From Candidatus Poribacteria bacterium (GTDB taxonomy: Bacteria > Poribacteria > WGA-4E > PCPOR2b), in contig OZ244587.1 in NCBI GenBank assembly GCA_965218095.1, forward strand, positions 1,440,001 to 1,504,000: a stretch of DNA of 64,000 nucleotides, in the 5' to 3' direction. The notes below the pieces were generated by a model. The model saw only the letters and a list, made by a program, of their open reading frames with translations. It did not search any database and was not told the DNA's origin. This document shows positions 50,937-60,587 of the stretch, one piece after another. Each line of letters opens with the position of its first letter. Position 1 is the first letter of the stretch. Made by a program: the position numbers and the translations under genes.

Positions 50937-50986
50937 ATTTGACTCTCCAAAACGTGAAGCATGAAACGTAATGCGTGAAACGTCCC

Positions 50987-52159
50987 TCAAGGGCGTCGCG
51001 TCAGCCATCTTTGCGTATTCAAACGGTTATAATTGTGCCAAAGCTCAAAGTAGAGAACCTCACCAATTAGCGATCCGGTTTCGCCGACCGTCCCAATTAT
51101 CTTTTTCGCTCGGACAGCGTCTCCCTTTTTAACGAGCATATCTGAAAGATGCGCGTAAACAGAGATGTATCCGTTACCGTGTATAATGAGGATCGTGTTG
51201 CCGTAGCCGACAATCGATTCGACTGTTCTGGCAACAACGCCATCTGCAACGCAGCGTACGGGACTTCCTTTTTGGGCTTGAATTGTGATACCGCGATCAA
51301 TGGCTGTTTGGTTCGACACAACTTTGCCGACAACGGGCCAGGGGAGTTTACCCAACAGATCCGGACGAATGCCTCCAATTGCCTTCGCTTTCTCTTCGAT
51401 ACCTTCCTCGCTAACGATTCCGAGTAGATTCTCGAACTGTACAACGGCGGCTCTCAATTCTTCTAACGTCTGATTATAAATCTCTTTCCGCGTTTGGTAC
51501 CGATGCAGGAGTTGTTCACGCTGCTCTTTCTGACTAAGGATGCGCGCATGTTTCGCTTGAGCCGCTTTCGAGATAGCCTCTATCGTTTTAATCCGCTGAA
51601 CAAGCTCAAGGTGCATTTGTAAGATCTCGTCCTGCTGGCTCTGTAGTTGACCTAACACGGCTTGATCGGCCCCGGCAATAACGCTCATGTACTTATATTT
51701 TTGCAGCAGATCTATCATATTCTGAGCACCCAGCAATATCTCCAGCGTATGCAGATGATGCCCGTTATAGCCAATCTTATAGATTGCGCGAACCCGCTTT
51801 GCAACCAGCTTCTTGTATCGCTTGTCTTGAGAAATCAATCTCCGCAATTCAATCTGAAGTTCCCCTGCTTTTAATTGGTGGCGTTCAATCTCTTTGCGGT
51901 ACCGATCGAGTTCTTTTTCGTTGGCAGCTAAGTCGGATTCGATCTGCTGTAGTTTTTGTAAGACTCCTCGTTCTTTCTTGACGATCAAGTTTCTCTGTTT
52001 TTCAACAGTGTGCTTTTCCGTCAGTTTCTTTTGACGTTCCTGCTGCCACTGTTCCACCTGTTCAGAGGCCTGCGAAGGAAGTTGTGATTGCGCCTGGAGG
52101 GAAACCACGGCAATGATGCAAAATAGTAAGACAACGATTTTCAATCCGAACAGTTTCAA
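50987..52159 (-). CDS. murein hydrolase activator EnvC-like (coiled coil plus degenerate M23)
   Basis: Signal peptide, long coiled coil, KLPWPV, GYGNTILIIH, YAHL, LYFEL. Confidence 0.85.
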   Translation of the reverse strand: MKLFGLKIVVLLFCIIAVVSLQAQSQLPSQASEQVEQWQQERQKKLTEKHTVEKQRNLIVKKERGVLQKLQQIESDLAANEKELDRYRKEIERHQLKAGELQIELRRLISQDKRYKKLVAKRVRAIYKIGYNGHHLHTLEILLGAQNMIDLLQKYKYMSVIAGADQAVLGQLQSQQDEILQMHLELVQRIKTIEAISKAAQAKHARILSQKEQREQLLHRYQTRKEIYNQTLEELRAAVVQFENLLGIVSEEGIEEKAKAIGGIRPDLLGKLPWPVVGKVVSNQTAIDRGITIQAQKGSPVRCVADGVVARTVESIVGYGNTILIIHGNGYISVYAHLSDMLVKKGDAVRAKKIIGTVGETGSLIGEVLYFELWHNYNRLNTQRWLTRRP

Positions 52160-52169
52160 AAATTCTGTC

Positions 52170-53000
52170 CTCTCTACTTGAGTATGACTGTTTTCTTAAT
52201 TGCCCTGAATGAGGCGGCTTGCATCTCGTAGAAATAGATGCCGCTTCAACCTTATCACCATAGGCGTTTCTGACATCCCAGTAGGCTGCCCGGCTTCGAG
52301 AAACGTAAACACCGGGAGGCGTGTAACCTAAATTTAAAGTCCGCACCAATCGGCCTGTGGCATTGTATACCCTGATTGTCACATCACCGGCTTTACTTAG
52401 TCTAAACGGTATCCATGTCCCAGGGTTTCCTGGATTAGGGAAGGACTGCAAGAGAACGGAAACCGCCGGGGCAGTCGGCTCTAAATTAACTTGTGCCAGC
52501 GGAGCTGCGTTAATTGGACTATCGAAGACGATGTAGGCGACGTGCTCGGTGATGTGGTTGCGCTCGGTGTCTCCCTGCTGGTCTTCGTCGATTGCCAGTT
52601 GAAGCCAACCGAAACCGAGTTCGAGCCGTAAAGCACAACCCAGCCCCCCCCCATTGTTGCCATCCATCGCCGATTGGCTGACGATTACCACAGACGCATC
52701 GGAAAGTCCATTCAGGAAGTAGCTGTAGCAGAGAATCGCTCACCCCGCGAATCATGTCCGAACCGAGCCCCATGACGCAGTTTATCGTGTCTATCGTGCT
52801 AACACCTGCCTCAATGACGATATACTCAATCGTTTCGTCCGCCTGCGTCTGATTGGGGTATTCACTCACATGCTTGCCAACCTTCAGGCTGGCATTCGGT
52901 GGCGTGACTGCAGATGATTCGCTCCGGCTCCAAAGACCGACCAGTTGGGGTCGTTGTAGGTCATGACCTGGCTAACCACCACTGGATTGGTGTAGGAGTT
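52170..53000 (-). pseudogene. decayed secreted protein with FlgD/T9SS-like C-terminal domain
   Basis: LLQSFPNPGNPGTWIPFRL...YNATGRLVRTL...AAYWD; upstream fragments in several frames; boundaries approximate. Confidence 0.6.
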
Positions 53001-53070
53001 GAGGTCTTATTAAATGTAGAACGTTGCATCTTCGACCCTGCCTTTGTCTGGATCCAAACTCGACTGATGT

Positions 53071-53847
53071 TTAATGCTTAATCTGTTGCCGCGTCAGTTC
53101 ATTGACAATTGAAACATTCTCTTTGACTTCTCGCCGGCTCGTCATACCAATTGTCATTGCGTGAACACAAGGCAATTCTATGACGAATTCGATGGCTTTC
53201 CTCGGACCATCCTCTTTGGCTAACTTCCCCTGTCCAAGCACTTTCATACCGTAGATACCCTTGCCAAATGCTGCCATCTGCTCCATCGTTCGGATCACAT
53301 CTGCGGGGGACGCATCCATGTTGACCCCTGCATAGTTAATCCGGGCTAATACGACTTCGACCCATTTGGTCATGGCCGCGGTCTGAAACGCGCCATAGTC
53401 GTGACACGAAACACCATGGGCACGCAGGAGTCCCTGTTCTTTGCATCGCGTCAGGGCTTCCATCGCATCAGGATAGCGTGTTGTCCAATCGGGATTTGTG
53501 AGGCAGTGCAACAGCACAATATCCACATAGTCCGATCCAATCTCCCTCAAGAATCGCTTGACATCGTTTTCAACCGATTCCCTTGTGCGTGAAACGGTCT
53601 TGGTCGTGATAACGACTGAAGACCGATCTAATCCCTGGAGGGCTTCTTTGACGTGGGGATGGCTTCCATATTGATCCGCTACGTCCCAAAATGTCACGCC
53701 TTGATCATGGGCAAACCGAAGCAGATCTGCCAATCCTTTCAATCCCAACGCTGTCTGATCTGATTTGCCGCCCCAGCCCTGTGTGCCTGTACCAATCGAA
53801 AGCCGCGCAACGCGCAGTCCTGTCCTGCCAAAATCAACAACTTGCAT
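53071..53847 (-). CDS. aldo/keto reductase
   Basis: GRTGLRV, FWDVADQYGS, DYVDIVLLH, GVSCH, YGMKVLG. Confidence 0.88.
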   Translation of the reverse strand: MQVVDFGRTGLRVARLSIGTGTQGWGGKSDQTALGLKGLADLLRFAHDQGVTFWDVADQYGSHPHVKEALQGLDRSSVVITTKTVSRTRESVENDVKRFLREIGSDYVDIVLLHCLTNPDWTTRYPDAMEALTRCKEQGLLRAHGVSCHDYGAFQTAAMTKWVEVVLARINYAGVNMDASPADVIRTMEQMAAFGKGIYGMKVLGQGKLAKEDGPRKAIEFVIELPCVHAMTIGMTSRREVKENVSIVNELTRQQIKH

Positions 53848-54017
53848 TGGATGACTCCTTTACTTCATCGATTTCATTAATGTAGACAGTATAATATCAT
53901 AACGTACTCATGTGGTCAACCCAATTCATTTATCAGATCTTGAGTCGTTGGACAACAGATTTTCAGAATAAAATGTAAGGTGCATGACACGATTTCTAAT
54001 TTTCTGCGAAAAACCTC

Positions 54018-54046
54018 TTGACAAATGTCTTCCGCTGGATTATACT
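54018..54046 (+). promoter_or_regulatory. near-consensus sigma70 promoter of the iron operon
   Basis: TTGACA-17 bp-TATACT. Confidence 0.7.
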
Positions 54047-54063
54047 TTTTTCAAATCAGCAAT

Positions 54064-54160
54064 TGAAGCTGAGTCTCAATATCATCTGGCAAGCAAGAAA
54101 GCTGAAAAAGCAACTTGCTTATTTTTTTAGAATCATAAATGATACTGAGTCTCAATTTCA
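54064..54160. promoter_or_regulatory. two Fur-box-like 21-bp palindromic operators
   Basis: TGAAGCTGAGTCTCAATATCA (54064-54084) and TGATACTGAGTCTCAATTTCA (54140-54160). Confidence 0.65.
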
Positions 54161-54186
54161 ACACAATTAATGTATGAGGAGTTTTT

Positions 54187-56487
54187 ATGAATTTTAACAC
54201 TTTAATCGCTGTAATGGCGATTTTAATCGGTTTTACTGCCAGTCAATTTGTAATGGCAGATCAGTCATCCGTTGAGACTGAAGATACAAATGCTCAAACG
54301 GACACAGATCAAACCATCCAGCTCAAGGAAATTACTGTCGTTGGTTCCAAAGAAAATACAAGAAACCTTCCGGGCTCCGGGGCTTACCTTGATGCCCGCG
54401 ATATTCGCACCCATAGCTATGGTGATATTAACAGAGTTCTTCGCAAAGTCCCCGGCGTCTATCTCCGTGAAGAAGATGGTTATGGACTCTTCCCAAACAT
54501 TAGCCTGCGTGGCGTCGATCCTGGACGTAGTGGGAAAGTCTCAATGATGGAAGATGGCATCCTGACGGCTCCCGCGCCGTACTCGGCTCCCGCCGCCTAC
54601 TATTCGCCGACGACCGGTCGCATGCGTGGCATTGAACTTCTCAAAGGCTCCAGCCAGATTAAATACGGTCCCCATACCACAGGGGGTGTTATCAACTATC
54701 TCTCCACCCAGATTCCGAAAAAAGCCGCGTTCTATACGAAAAACCTCATTGGGACGGATAACGAAATCCGTTCTCATACCCATTACGGTAACAAGATTCA
54801 GACCGATGCCGGCCGATTCGGCTTCTTGGTCGAAAATTACTATCGGGAAACGGGTGGTTTTAAGACGATTGATTTTGAGGATGACTTTCAGGATGTCGAC
54901 CGCACCGGCTTCCGGAAGCATGACATGATGCTCAAGCTCTCTTTCGAGCCGAACACGTCTGTCGCCCAACGGATTGAAGCGAAGGTCGGTTATCTGAATA
55001 AAAACGCGGACGAGACCTACTTGGGGCTTACCGACAAAGATTTCGAGAAAGACCCGTATCGGCGCTATGCCGCTTCTCGATTCGATAATATCGAAACCAA
55101 CCAACTGCGAAGTTACCTGCGCTATACCGCTGCTTTTACCCGAAGCCTGAACCTCTCAGTGACCGGATATTACAACGATTTCCACCGAAACTGGTTTAAA
55201 CTTCGCGGCAGTGGCGCAGATCTGCTGGATCCTGAAGCGCTTGCTGTGTTTAAAGGCAACGCGGCTGGCACACTGAAATATCGAAACAATAACCGTGATT
55301 ATTACCTTGGCGGCGTCCAGTCCAATCTCAACTTCAACCTAAATACCGGCGATATTTCCCACGCTTTTGACCTCGGCACCCGCTTCCATCTCGACCAAAT
55401 TCGTCGATTCCAGAGCGATGTGGAGTTTGAGCAGGACGACAGCGGCAACATCATCAACCGGACGGATAAGGGCCCGGGATCTGGCGGGAATCGTCTCCAA
55501 GAGACCACCGCGATTGCCCTCTCCTTACAGGATAACATTGGCGTCGGCGACTTGCAGATCACGCCGGGGGTTCGCTTCGAGCATGCAGCCTACGATTTCA
55601 CGGAGTTCGACACAGGAGACGCCCCGGATAAAGTCGTCCTTGAAGGAGAGCCTTCATCAATCGATGTCCTCACGCCGGGGATTGGAGTCAACTACAACGT
55701 TTCAGATCAACTGTCAGCTTTTGCGAGCGTCCACAGTGGTTTTTCCCTCCCCGGTCCCCGCGCCAACGCCAAAGATGGATTGACCGAGGAGACCAGCCTC
55801 GGCAGTGAACTGGGTATCCGCTACAACGGCAAGGGCTTGCGCGCTGAAACCATTTTCTTCTACACAGACTTCAATGACCTGCTTGTTACTGATAATATTG
55901 GTGGTGGGGGCGTCGAAGGGGTAACCGAAAACGTTGGAAATGTCATTAGCTCCGGCGTCGAACTTTCAGTTGGATATAATGCCGGGATTGCAAATAACTG
56001 GGGATTCCTCAATCCCTACCACATTGCATTCACTTACAGCGACGCAACGTTGGATGGCGATGCAAACTCCCTTGACGAGGAATCGATCTTCGCCGGTGGT
56101 AAAGATGGCGCCAGGGTTCCCTACGTCCCTGAAATCCAACTCTCGGTTGGTACAGGGATTGAGTTTGACAAGTGGGGGCTCTTTGTCGACACGACCTATG
56201 TGGATGAAACCTTCACCACAGCCAGCAATACCGCCGATCAAATCCAGGTCATACCGAACGAAGAAAACCCAGAGCAAACTAAACGTGTACCCAATGCCAA
56301 TTTTGGCAAAACGGATGCTTACCTGGTGATCGATGTCTCAGGGAAGTACAAAATTACTGATGGCCTCAATGCAGTCATCAACCTCCACAACATTACGGAT
56401 GAGGCGTACATTGTCTCACGTCATCCCATCGGCCCCCGTCCTGGGAAACCCTTCAGCGCCACCCTTGGCATTGAAACAAGATTCTAA
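54187..56487 (+). CDS. TonB-dependent receptor, FecA-like
   Basis: EITVVG TonB box, EEDGYGLFPNISLRG, APYSAPAAYY, C-terminal F. Confidence 0.92.
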   Translation: MNFNTLIAVMAILIGFTASQFVMADQSSVETEDTNAQTDTDQTIQLKEITVVGSKENTRNLPGSGAYLDARDIRTHSYGDINRVLRKVPGVYLREEDGYGLFPNISLRGVDPGRSGKVSMMEDGILTAPAPYSAPAAYYSPTTGRMRGIELLKGSSQIKYGPHTTGGVINYLSTQIPKKAAFYTKNLIGTDNEIRSHTHYGNKIQTDAGRFGFLVENYYRETGGFKTIDFEDDFQDVDRTGFRKHDMMLKLSFEPNTSVAQRIEAKVGYLNKNADETYLGLTDKDFEKDPYRRYAASRFDNIETNQLRSYLRYTAAFTRSLNLSVTGYYNDFHRNWFKLRGSGADLLDPEALAVFKGNAAGTLKYRNNNRDYYLGGVQSNLNFNLNTGDISHAFDLGTRFHLDQIRRFQSDVEFEQDDSGNIINRTDKGPGSGGNRLQETTAIALSLQDNIGVGDLQITPGVRFEHAAYDFTEFDTGDAPDKVVLEGEPSSIDVLTPGIGVNYNVSDQLSAFASVHSGFSLPGPRANAKDGLTEETSLGSELGIRYNGKGLRAETIFFYTDFNDLLVTDNIGGGGVEGVTENVGNVISSGVELSVGYNAGIANNWGFLNPYHIAFTYSDATLDGDANSLDEESIFAGGKDGARVPYVPEIQLSVGTGIEFDKWGLFVDTTYVDETFTTASNTADQIQVIPNEENPEQTKRVPNANFGKTDAYLVIDVSGKYKITDGLNAVINLHNITDEAYIVSRHPIGPRPGKPFSATLGIETRF

Positions 56488-56562
56488 AATTTCCTTTCAG
56501 GTCAGGAGATAACTCCCCACACCAACTTCTTCGTTTGAATCGAGGTTCTAAGGTGGCAGAAG

Positions 56563-57585
56563 ATGAAATCTAGCAGCTTTTGGAAATGTGTACCGTCGTT
56601 TGCAATGATGATCTTTCTGGTAGGGACGGAGGCCCATGCCGCCGTCCGCGAATATTGGATCGCCGCTGAGAAGATCCATTGGAATTACGCCCCTAGCGGT
56701 GAAAATCTGATCCGTCCTGAGATGGGAATGGACGTTTGGGGAAAAGATCTCGTCTATCGAAAATATCGCTACATCCAGTATGCCGATGGGAGTTATACGC
56801 AACGGGTTGAACAGCCCGAGTGGATGGGCATCCTCGGTCCCCAACTCCGAGCGGTGGAGGGGGACACCCTCAAGGTGCATTTCCTCAATCGCGCTGACAA
56901 GCCACTCAGTATGCCCCCGCACGGCGTTCAGTATGATGAGGCAAACGAAGGCGCCGACATGAAGGATTCTGGGGCTTTCGTGATACCGGGTGGTTCATTT
57001 ACCTATATCTGGGAAGTCAATAGTGGTGCCGGCCCCGGCCCAAATGATCCATCTTCCATCGTCTGGCTCTATCACTCCCACGTCGATCCAGTGACGGAAG
57101 TGTATGATGGCTTAATTGGGACAATTGTAATCACTAAAAAAGCAATGGAGCTCTCCGCGGATGACCTTCGCCCAAAGGATGTGGACAAAGCGTTTACCAC
57201 GCTGTTCATGGTCTTTGACGAAAACGGCCGAGAAAAAGTAGAGGATGCTAAATATGAGTCTCCTGAAGAGGAGGAGGAAGCGCATCTGAAACACGCGATT
57301 AACGGATTCATTTTCGGTAATCTACAGGGGCTGGAAGTTAAGAAGGGAGATCGAGTGCGTTGGCATCTGATTGGCATGGGAACGGAAGTTGACCTGCATT
57401 CCGCTCACTGGCACGGTCAAACCGTATTAGATCATGGTAGATCGACCGATGTCGTCGAATTGCTTCCCGGTAGCATGGTGACTGTCGATATGAAAGCGGA
57501 AACGCTTGGAAATTGGTTGTATCATTGCCATGTCACCGATCACATTACCGCAGGGATGGTGACGCGATGGAAGATTATACCATAA
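56563..57585 (+). CDS. secreted two-domain multicopper oxidase, ceruloplasmin/hephaestin-like (T1 site in domain 2)
   Basis: REYWIAAE...WNYAP, MGILGP, WLYHSH, HSAHWHG, YHCHVTDHITAGM. Confidence 0.88.
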   Translation: MKSSSFWKCVPSFAMMIFLVGTEAHAAVREYWIAAEKIHWNYAPSGENLIRPEMGMDVWGKDLVYRKYRYIQYADGSYTQRVEQPEWMGILGPQLRAVEGDTLKVHFLNRADKPLSMPPHGVQYDEANEGADMKDSGAFVIPGGSFTYIWEVNSGAGPGPNDPSSIVWLYHSHVDPVTEVYDGLIGTIVITKKAMELSADDLRPKDVDKAFTTLFMVFDENGREKVEDAKYESPEEEEEAHLKHAINGFIFGNLQGLEVKKGDRVRWHLIGMGTEVDLHSAHWHGQTVLDHGRSTDVVELLPGSMVTVDMKAETLGNWLYHCHVTDHITAGMVTRWKIIP

Positions 57586-57605
57586 TTTTCAAGAGAAGAA
57601 GGGAG

Positions 57606-57960
57606 ATGATCACTGTTGCAAATCGTATATTTGCCGCACCGAAGTATGCCGAAGCCTTTGAAGAACGATTTCGCAAACGCGCCAGACTTGTGGGTGGCAC
57701 GCCCGGCTTTATCTCAAACCAGGTACTGCGACCTGTCAATGAAAGGGGATTCTTATGTTGTGTTCACTCTGTGGGAATCGCGGAAGCACTTTGAGGCGTG
57801 GATCAAGTCGGAGGAATTCAGGAGGCACGCCCAATCCGGGACGCTGCCGAAGGACGCCTTCACCGGCTCGAACAAACTCGAACTTCATGAAGTCTTTCTC
57901 GATTCGAGCCGTCCCGATCCTGAGGAGGAGCCACATGGCGGCCCATTCAATATCCACTAA
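57606..57960 (+). pseudogene. ABM/IsdG-like heme-degrading monooxygenase, one frameshift near 57744
   Basis: VANRI...FEERF...PGF then YVVFTLWES..HFEAWIKSEEF..H in the next frame. Confidence 0.75.
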
Positions 57961-57972
57961 TTGGAGGTTACC

Positions 57973-59007
57973 ATGTTAAAAGGTTTTGCCAAAATTCTAA
58001 GTTTATTCTTAAGTAAGTTTTTCAGATTTACGCTGTTGCTACTCACCCTTGCTACACTATTCGCCGCGTGTGGTGAAGATGACAAAGAATTGGCGATCTA
58101 TTCAGGACGAAGCAAAGGCTTGGTGCAGCCAATTATCAAACAGTTTGAAAGGGAGACCGGCATCAAAGTTAAGGTGCGTTACGGAGATACTGCCCAACTT
58201 GCGGTTGCCTTATTGGAAGAAGGGGCAAAAAGTTCTGCGGACCTTTTCTGGGCGCAAGATGCCGGGGCGCTTGGTGCAGTCAGCAAGCAGGGGCTGTTTA
58301 AACCGCTGCCCGAATCCATGCTGTCAAAGGTGCCTGAGAGTTTCCGTACGGGAACATGGATCGCCATCAGCGGTCGTGCGCGTGTCCTCGCATACTCGCC
58401 TAAACGTGTCAAAGCGGAGGCATTGCCCGATAGTATCTTCGATCTGACCGATCCGAAATGGAAAGGGCGAGTCGGTTGGGCGCCCCAGAATGCCTCATTC
58501 CAGGCCTTTGTGACGGCGATGCGGGTAATCGAAGGAGAAGACAAAGCGGAAGAGTGGCTGCGTGGTATGAAGGCAAATCGCGCGAAAAGCTACCCCAAAA
58601 ACACGCCTATCATTCAGGCGCTCGCCGCCGGGGAGATCGACCTCGGCTTGCCGAATCACTATTACCTGTTGCGCTTCAAAAAGAGCAACTCCAAGTTTCC
58701 AGTTGAGCAGACCTTCTTTACGTCCGGTGACCCGGGGAATCTCGTGAATGTGGCTGGAATCGGTATCCTGAAAAGCAGCCAACACGCTGATGAGGTGACA
58801 ACCTTCATCCAATTCCTGCTCTCCCCCAAAGCCCAGCAGTTCTTCGTCAGCGAGGTCTTCGAGTATCCTGTCACTGATGAGGTCATTCCCAGTGAGAAGT
58901 TGCTGGCGCTGGATGAGCTCTTGAAGCTCACGCCCCGGTTCGACCTGGAAGATCTGGACGACTTAGAAGACACATTGAAACTGCTGCGGAAGGCAGGTAT
59001 CCTGTGA
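57973..59007 (+). CDS. iron(III) ABC transporter substrate-binding lipoprotein (FbpA/FutA-like)
   Basis: Lipobox FAAC, IYSGR, ADLFWAQD, NHYY, FEYP. Confidence 0.9.
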   Translation: MLKGFAKILSLFLSKFFRFTLLLLTLATLFAACGEDDKELAIYSGRSKGLVQPIIKQFERETGIKVKVRYGDTAQLAVALLEEGAKSSADLFWAQDAGALGAVSKQGLFKPLPESMLSKVPESFRTGTWIAISGRARVLAYSPKRVKAEALPDSIFDLTDPKWKGRVGWAPQNASFQAFVTAMRVIEGEDKAEEWLRGMKANRAKSYPKNTPIIQALAAGEIDLGLPNHYYLLRFKKSNSKFPVEQTFFTSGDPGNLVNVAGIGILKSSQHADEVTTFIQFLLSPKAQQFFVSEVFEYPVTDEVIPSEKLLALDELLKLTPRFDLEDLDDLEDTLKLLRKAGIL

Positions 59008-60587
59008 TCTATTCGGAGACACGACCACTCCCGCCATGGTATTTCTTTGTCCCGGCGGTTGTCGTTGGGACTGGAGTACTTTTACCGTTGATTTACCTCC
59101 TCGTCCGAGCATTCAAGGCGGTAACCCCAGAACTAATCCAAATCGTCTTTCGCGCCAGAACCCTGCACCTCCTCGGCACCACCCTTCTTCTCACCGCCGG
59201 GGTTATGGCTACCGGTGTGCTTTTGGCGGCACCCCTCGCATGGCTTACAACACGCACTGATCTCAATGGCAGACGATTTTTCACGCTGCTGGGCGTATTG
59301 CCACTGGCGATCCCCGGCTACGTAATGGCTTACGCCTTGTTGGGTTTAGGTGGTTCCAACGGAACTTTCGCGAGTCTGTTCGGTCCAAGTTTACCGCGTC
59401 TTAGCGGATACTGGGGGGCCCTCATCGCCCTTAGTTTCTACACCTTTCCTTACCTCTTTCTCAACCTGCGTGCGGCGCTATTGGGGTTAGATCCTGCCAT
59501 TGAGGAATCCGCACGTAGCCTCGGCAGTCAATCCCCAGAGGTTTTCCTGCGCGTGATTTTGCCGCAACTTCGTCCAGCCTTCTATGCTGGCGGGCTTCTC
59601 GTCGGACTGCATGTGCTGGGCGACTTCGGTGTGGTATCCCTAATGCGCTACGAGACCTTTAGTTATGCCCTCTACACGCAGTACATCGCCTCCTATGACC
59701 GCATCTACGCCGCGTGGCTTGCCCTGATGCTTCTCGCCCTCACGGGAAGCCTGCTCTATCTCGAAGCAAGACTGCTGCGTGGAAGCAAGTTTCACCGTGC
59801 TGGCAGCGGGACCACCCGTCAAGCCAACCCAATCGCCTTGGGGGTTTGGAGTATCCCTGCCTATTTTTACATCGGGGTTCTGGGGCTCGCTAGCGTGGTC
59901 GCCCCAACCGTGACCGTTGGCTTCTGGATGCTCAAAGGATTTAAGGTGTCACATCTGCAAGATTTTCTTGGTGCCCTTTCCGGCTCTCTCTTGGCATCGA
60001 TACCGGCCGCTTTTCTCACCGCTGGTTTAGCTATCCCCCTGGCGTACTTGGGGGTACGGTATTCATCTCCGATCTGCCGGGTGCTGGAACGTGGCGCGTA
60101 TATCGGCTACGCCACGCCGCCCTTGGCATTTGCGCTTGCCCTGATCTTCTTCACGCGCCGGGCGGCGTCGGGAGTCTATCAGACCCTTTGGATCTTGATC
60201 TACGCCTATACCTTGCACTTCCTCGCCGAGGCAATCGGCCCCGTCCGCAGTGCGCTTTATCAGGTGTCGCCTCGCTTAGAGGAAGCTGCCCGGTCTCTCG
60301 GCTATCCGCCCCTCAAGACGTTTCTCAAAGCCACTTTTCCACTGTTGCACGGCGGGCTTACCGTCAGCATCGCTTTCGTTTTTCTGTCGGCGATGAAAGA
60401 ACTTCCGCTCACCTTTCTACTTTCGCCTATGGGATATGAGACATTAGCGATGAACGTCTGGAGCTACACAACAGAAGCAATGTTCGCGAAGGCGGCGCCG
60501 TATGCACTTGCCATTGTGCTCTTTTCTGCTCTATTCGTGGGCTTGTTGCTGATCCAGGAAAGGAACCGTTATGAATCCCCTGCTTAG
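59004..60587 (+). CDS. iron(III) ABC transporter permease (FbpB-like)
   Basis: Two EAA loops (IEESARSLG, LEEAARSLG), DFG, MKELP. Confidence 0.92.
   Translation: MIYSETRPLPPWYFFVPAVVVGTGVLLPLIYLLVRAFKAVTPELIQIVFRARTLHLLGTTLLLTAGVMATGVLLAAPLAWLTTRTDLNGRRFFTLLGVLPLAIPGYVMAYALLGLGGSNGTFASLFGPSLPRLSGYWGALIALSFYTFPYLFLNLRAALLGLDPAIEESARSLGSQSPEVFLRVILPQLRPAFYAGGLLVGLHVLGDFGVVSLMRYETFSYALYTQYIASYDRIYAAWLALMLLALTGSLLYLEARLLRGSKFHRAGSGTTRQANPIALGVWSIPAYFYIGVLGLASVVAPTVTVGFWMLKGFKVSHLQDFLGALSGSLLASIPAAFLTAGLAIPLAYLGVRYSSPICRVLERGAYIGYATPPLAFALALIFFTRRAASGVYQTLWILIYAYTLHFLAEAIGPVRSALYQVSPRLEEAARSLGYPPLKTFLKATFPLLHGGLTVSIAFVFLSAMKELPLTFLLSPMGYETLAMNVWSYTTEAMFAKAAPYALAIVLFSALFVGLLLIQERNRYESPA

Noticed and set aside
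50937-51008. N-terminal extension of gatB
   Set aside because: Consists of heptamer repeat; a GGAG RBS precedes ATG 50936
57738-57750. IsdG-like frameshift as programmed recoding
   Set aside because: Needs a +1 shift at GAAAGGGG with no recognised signal; indel or assembly error is more likely
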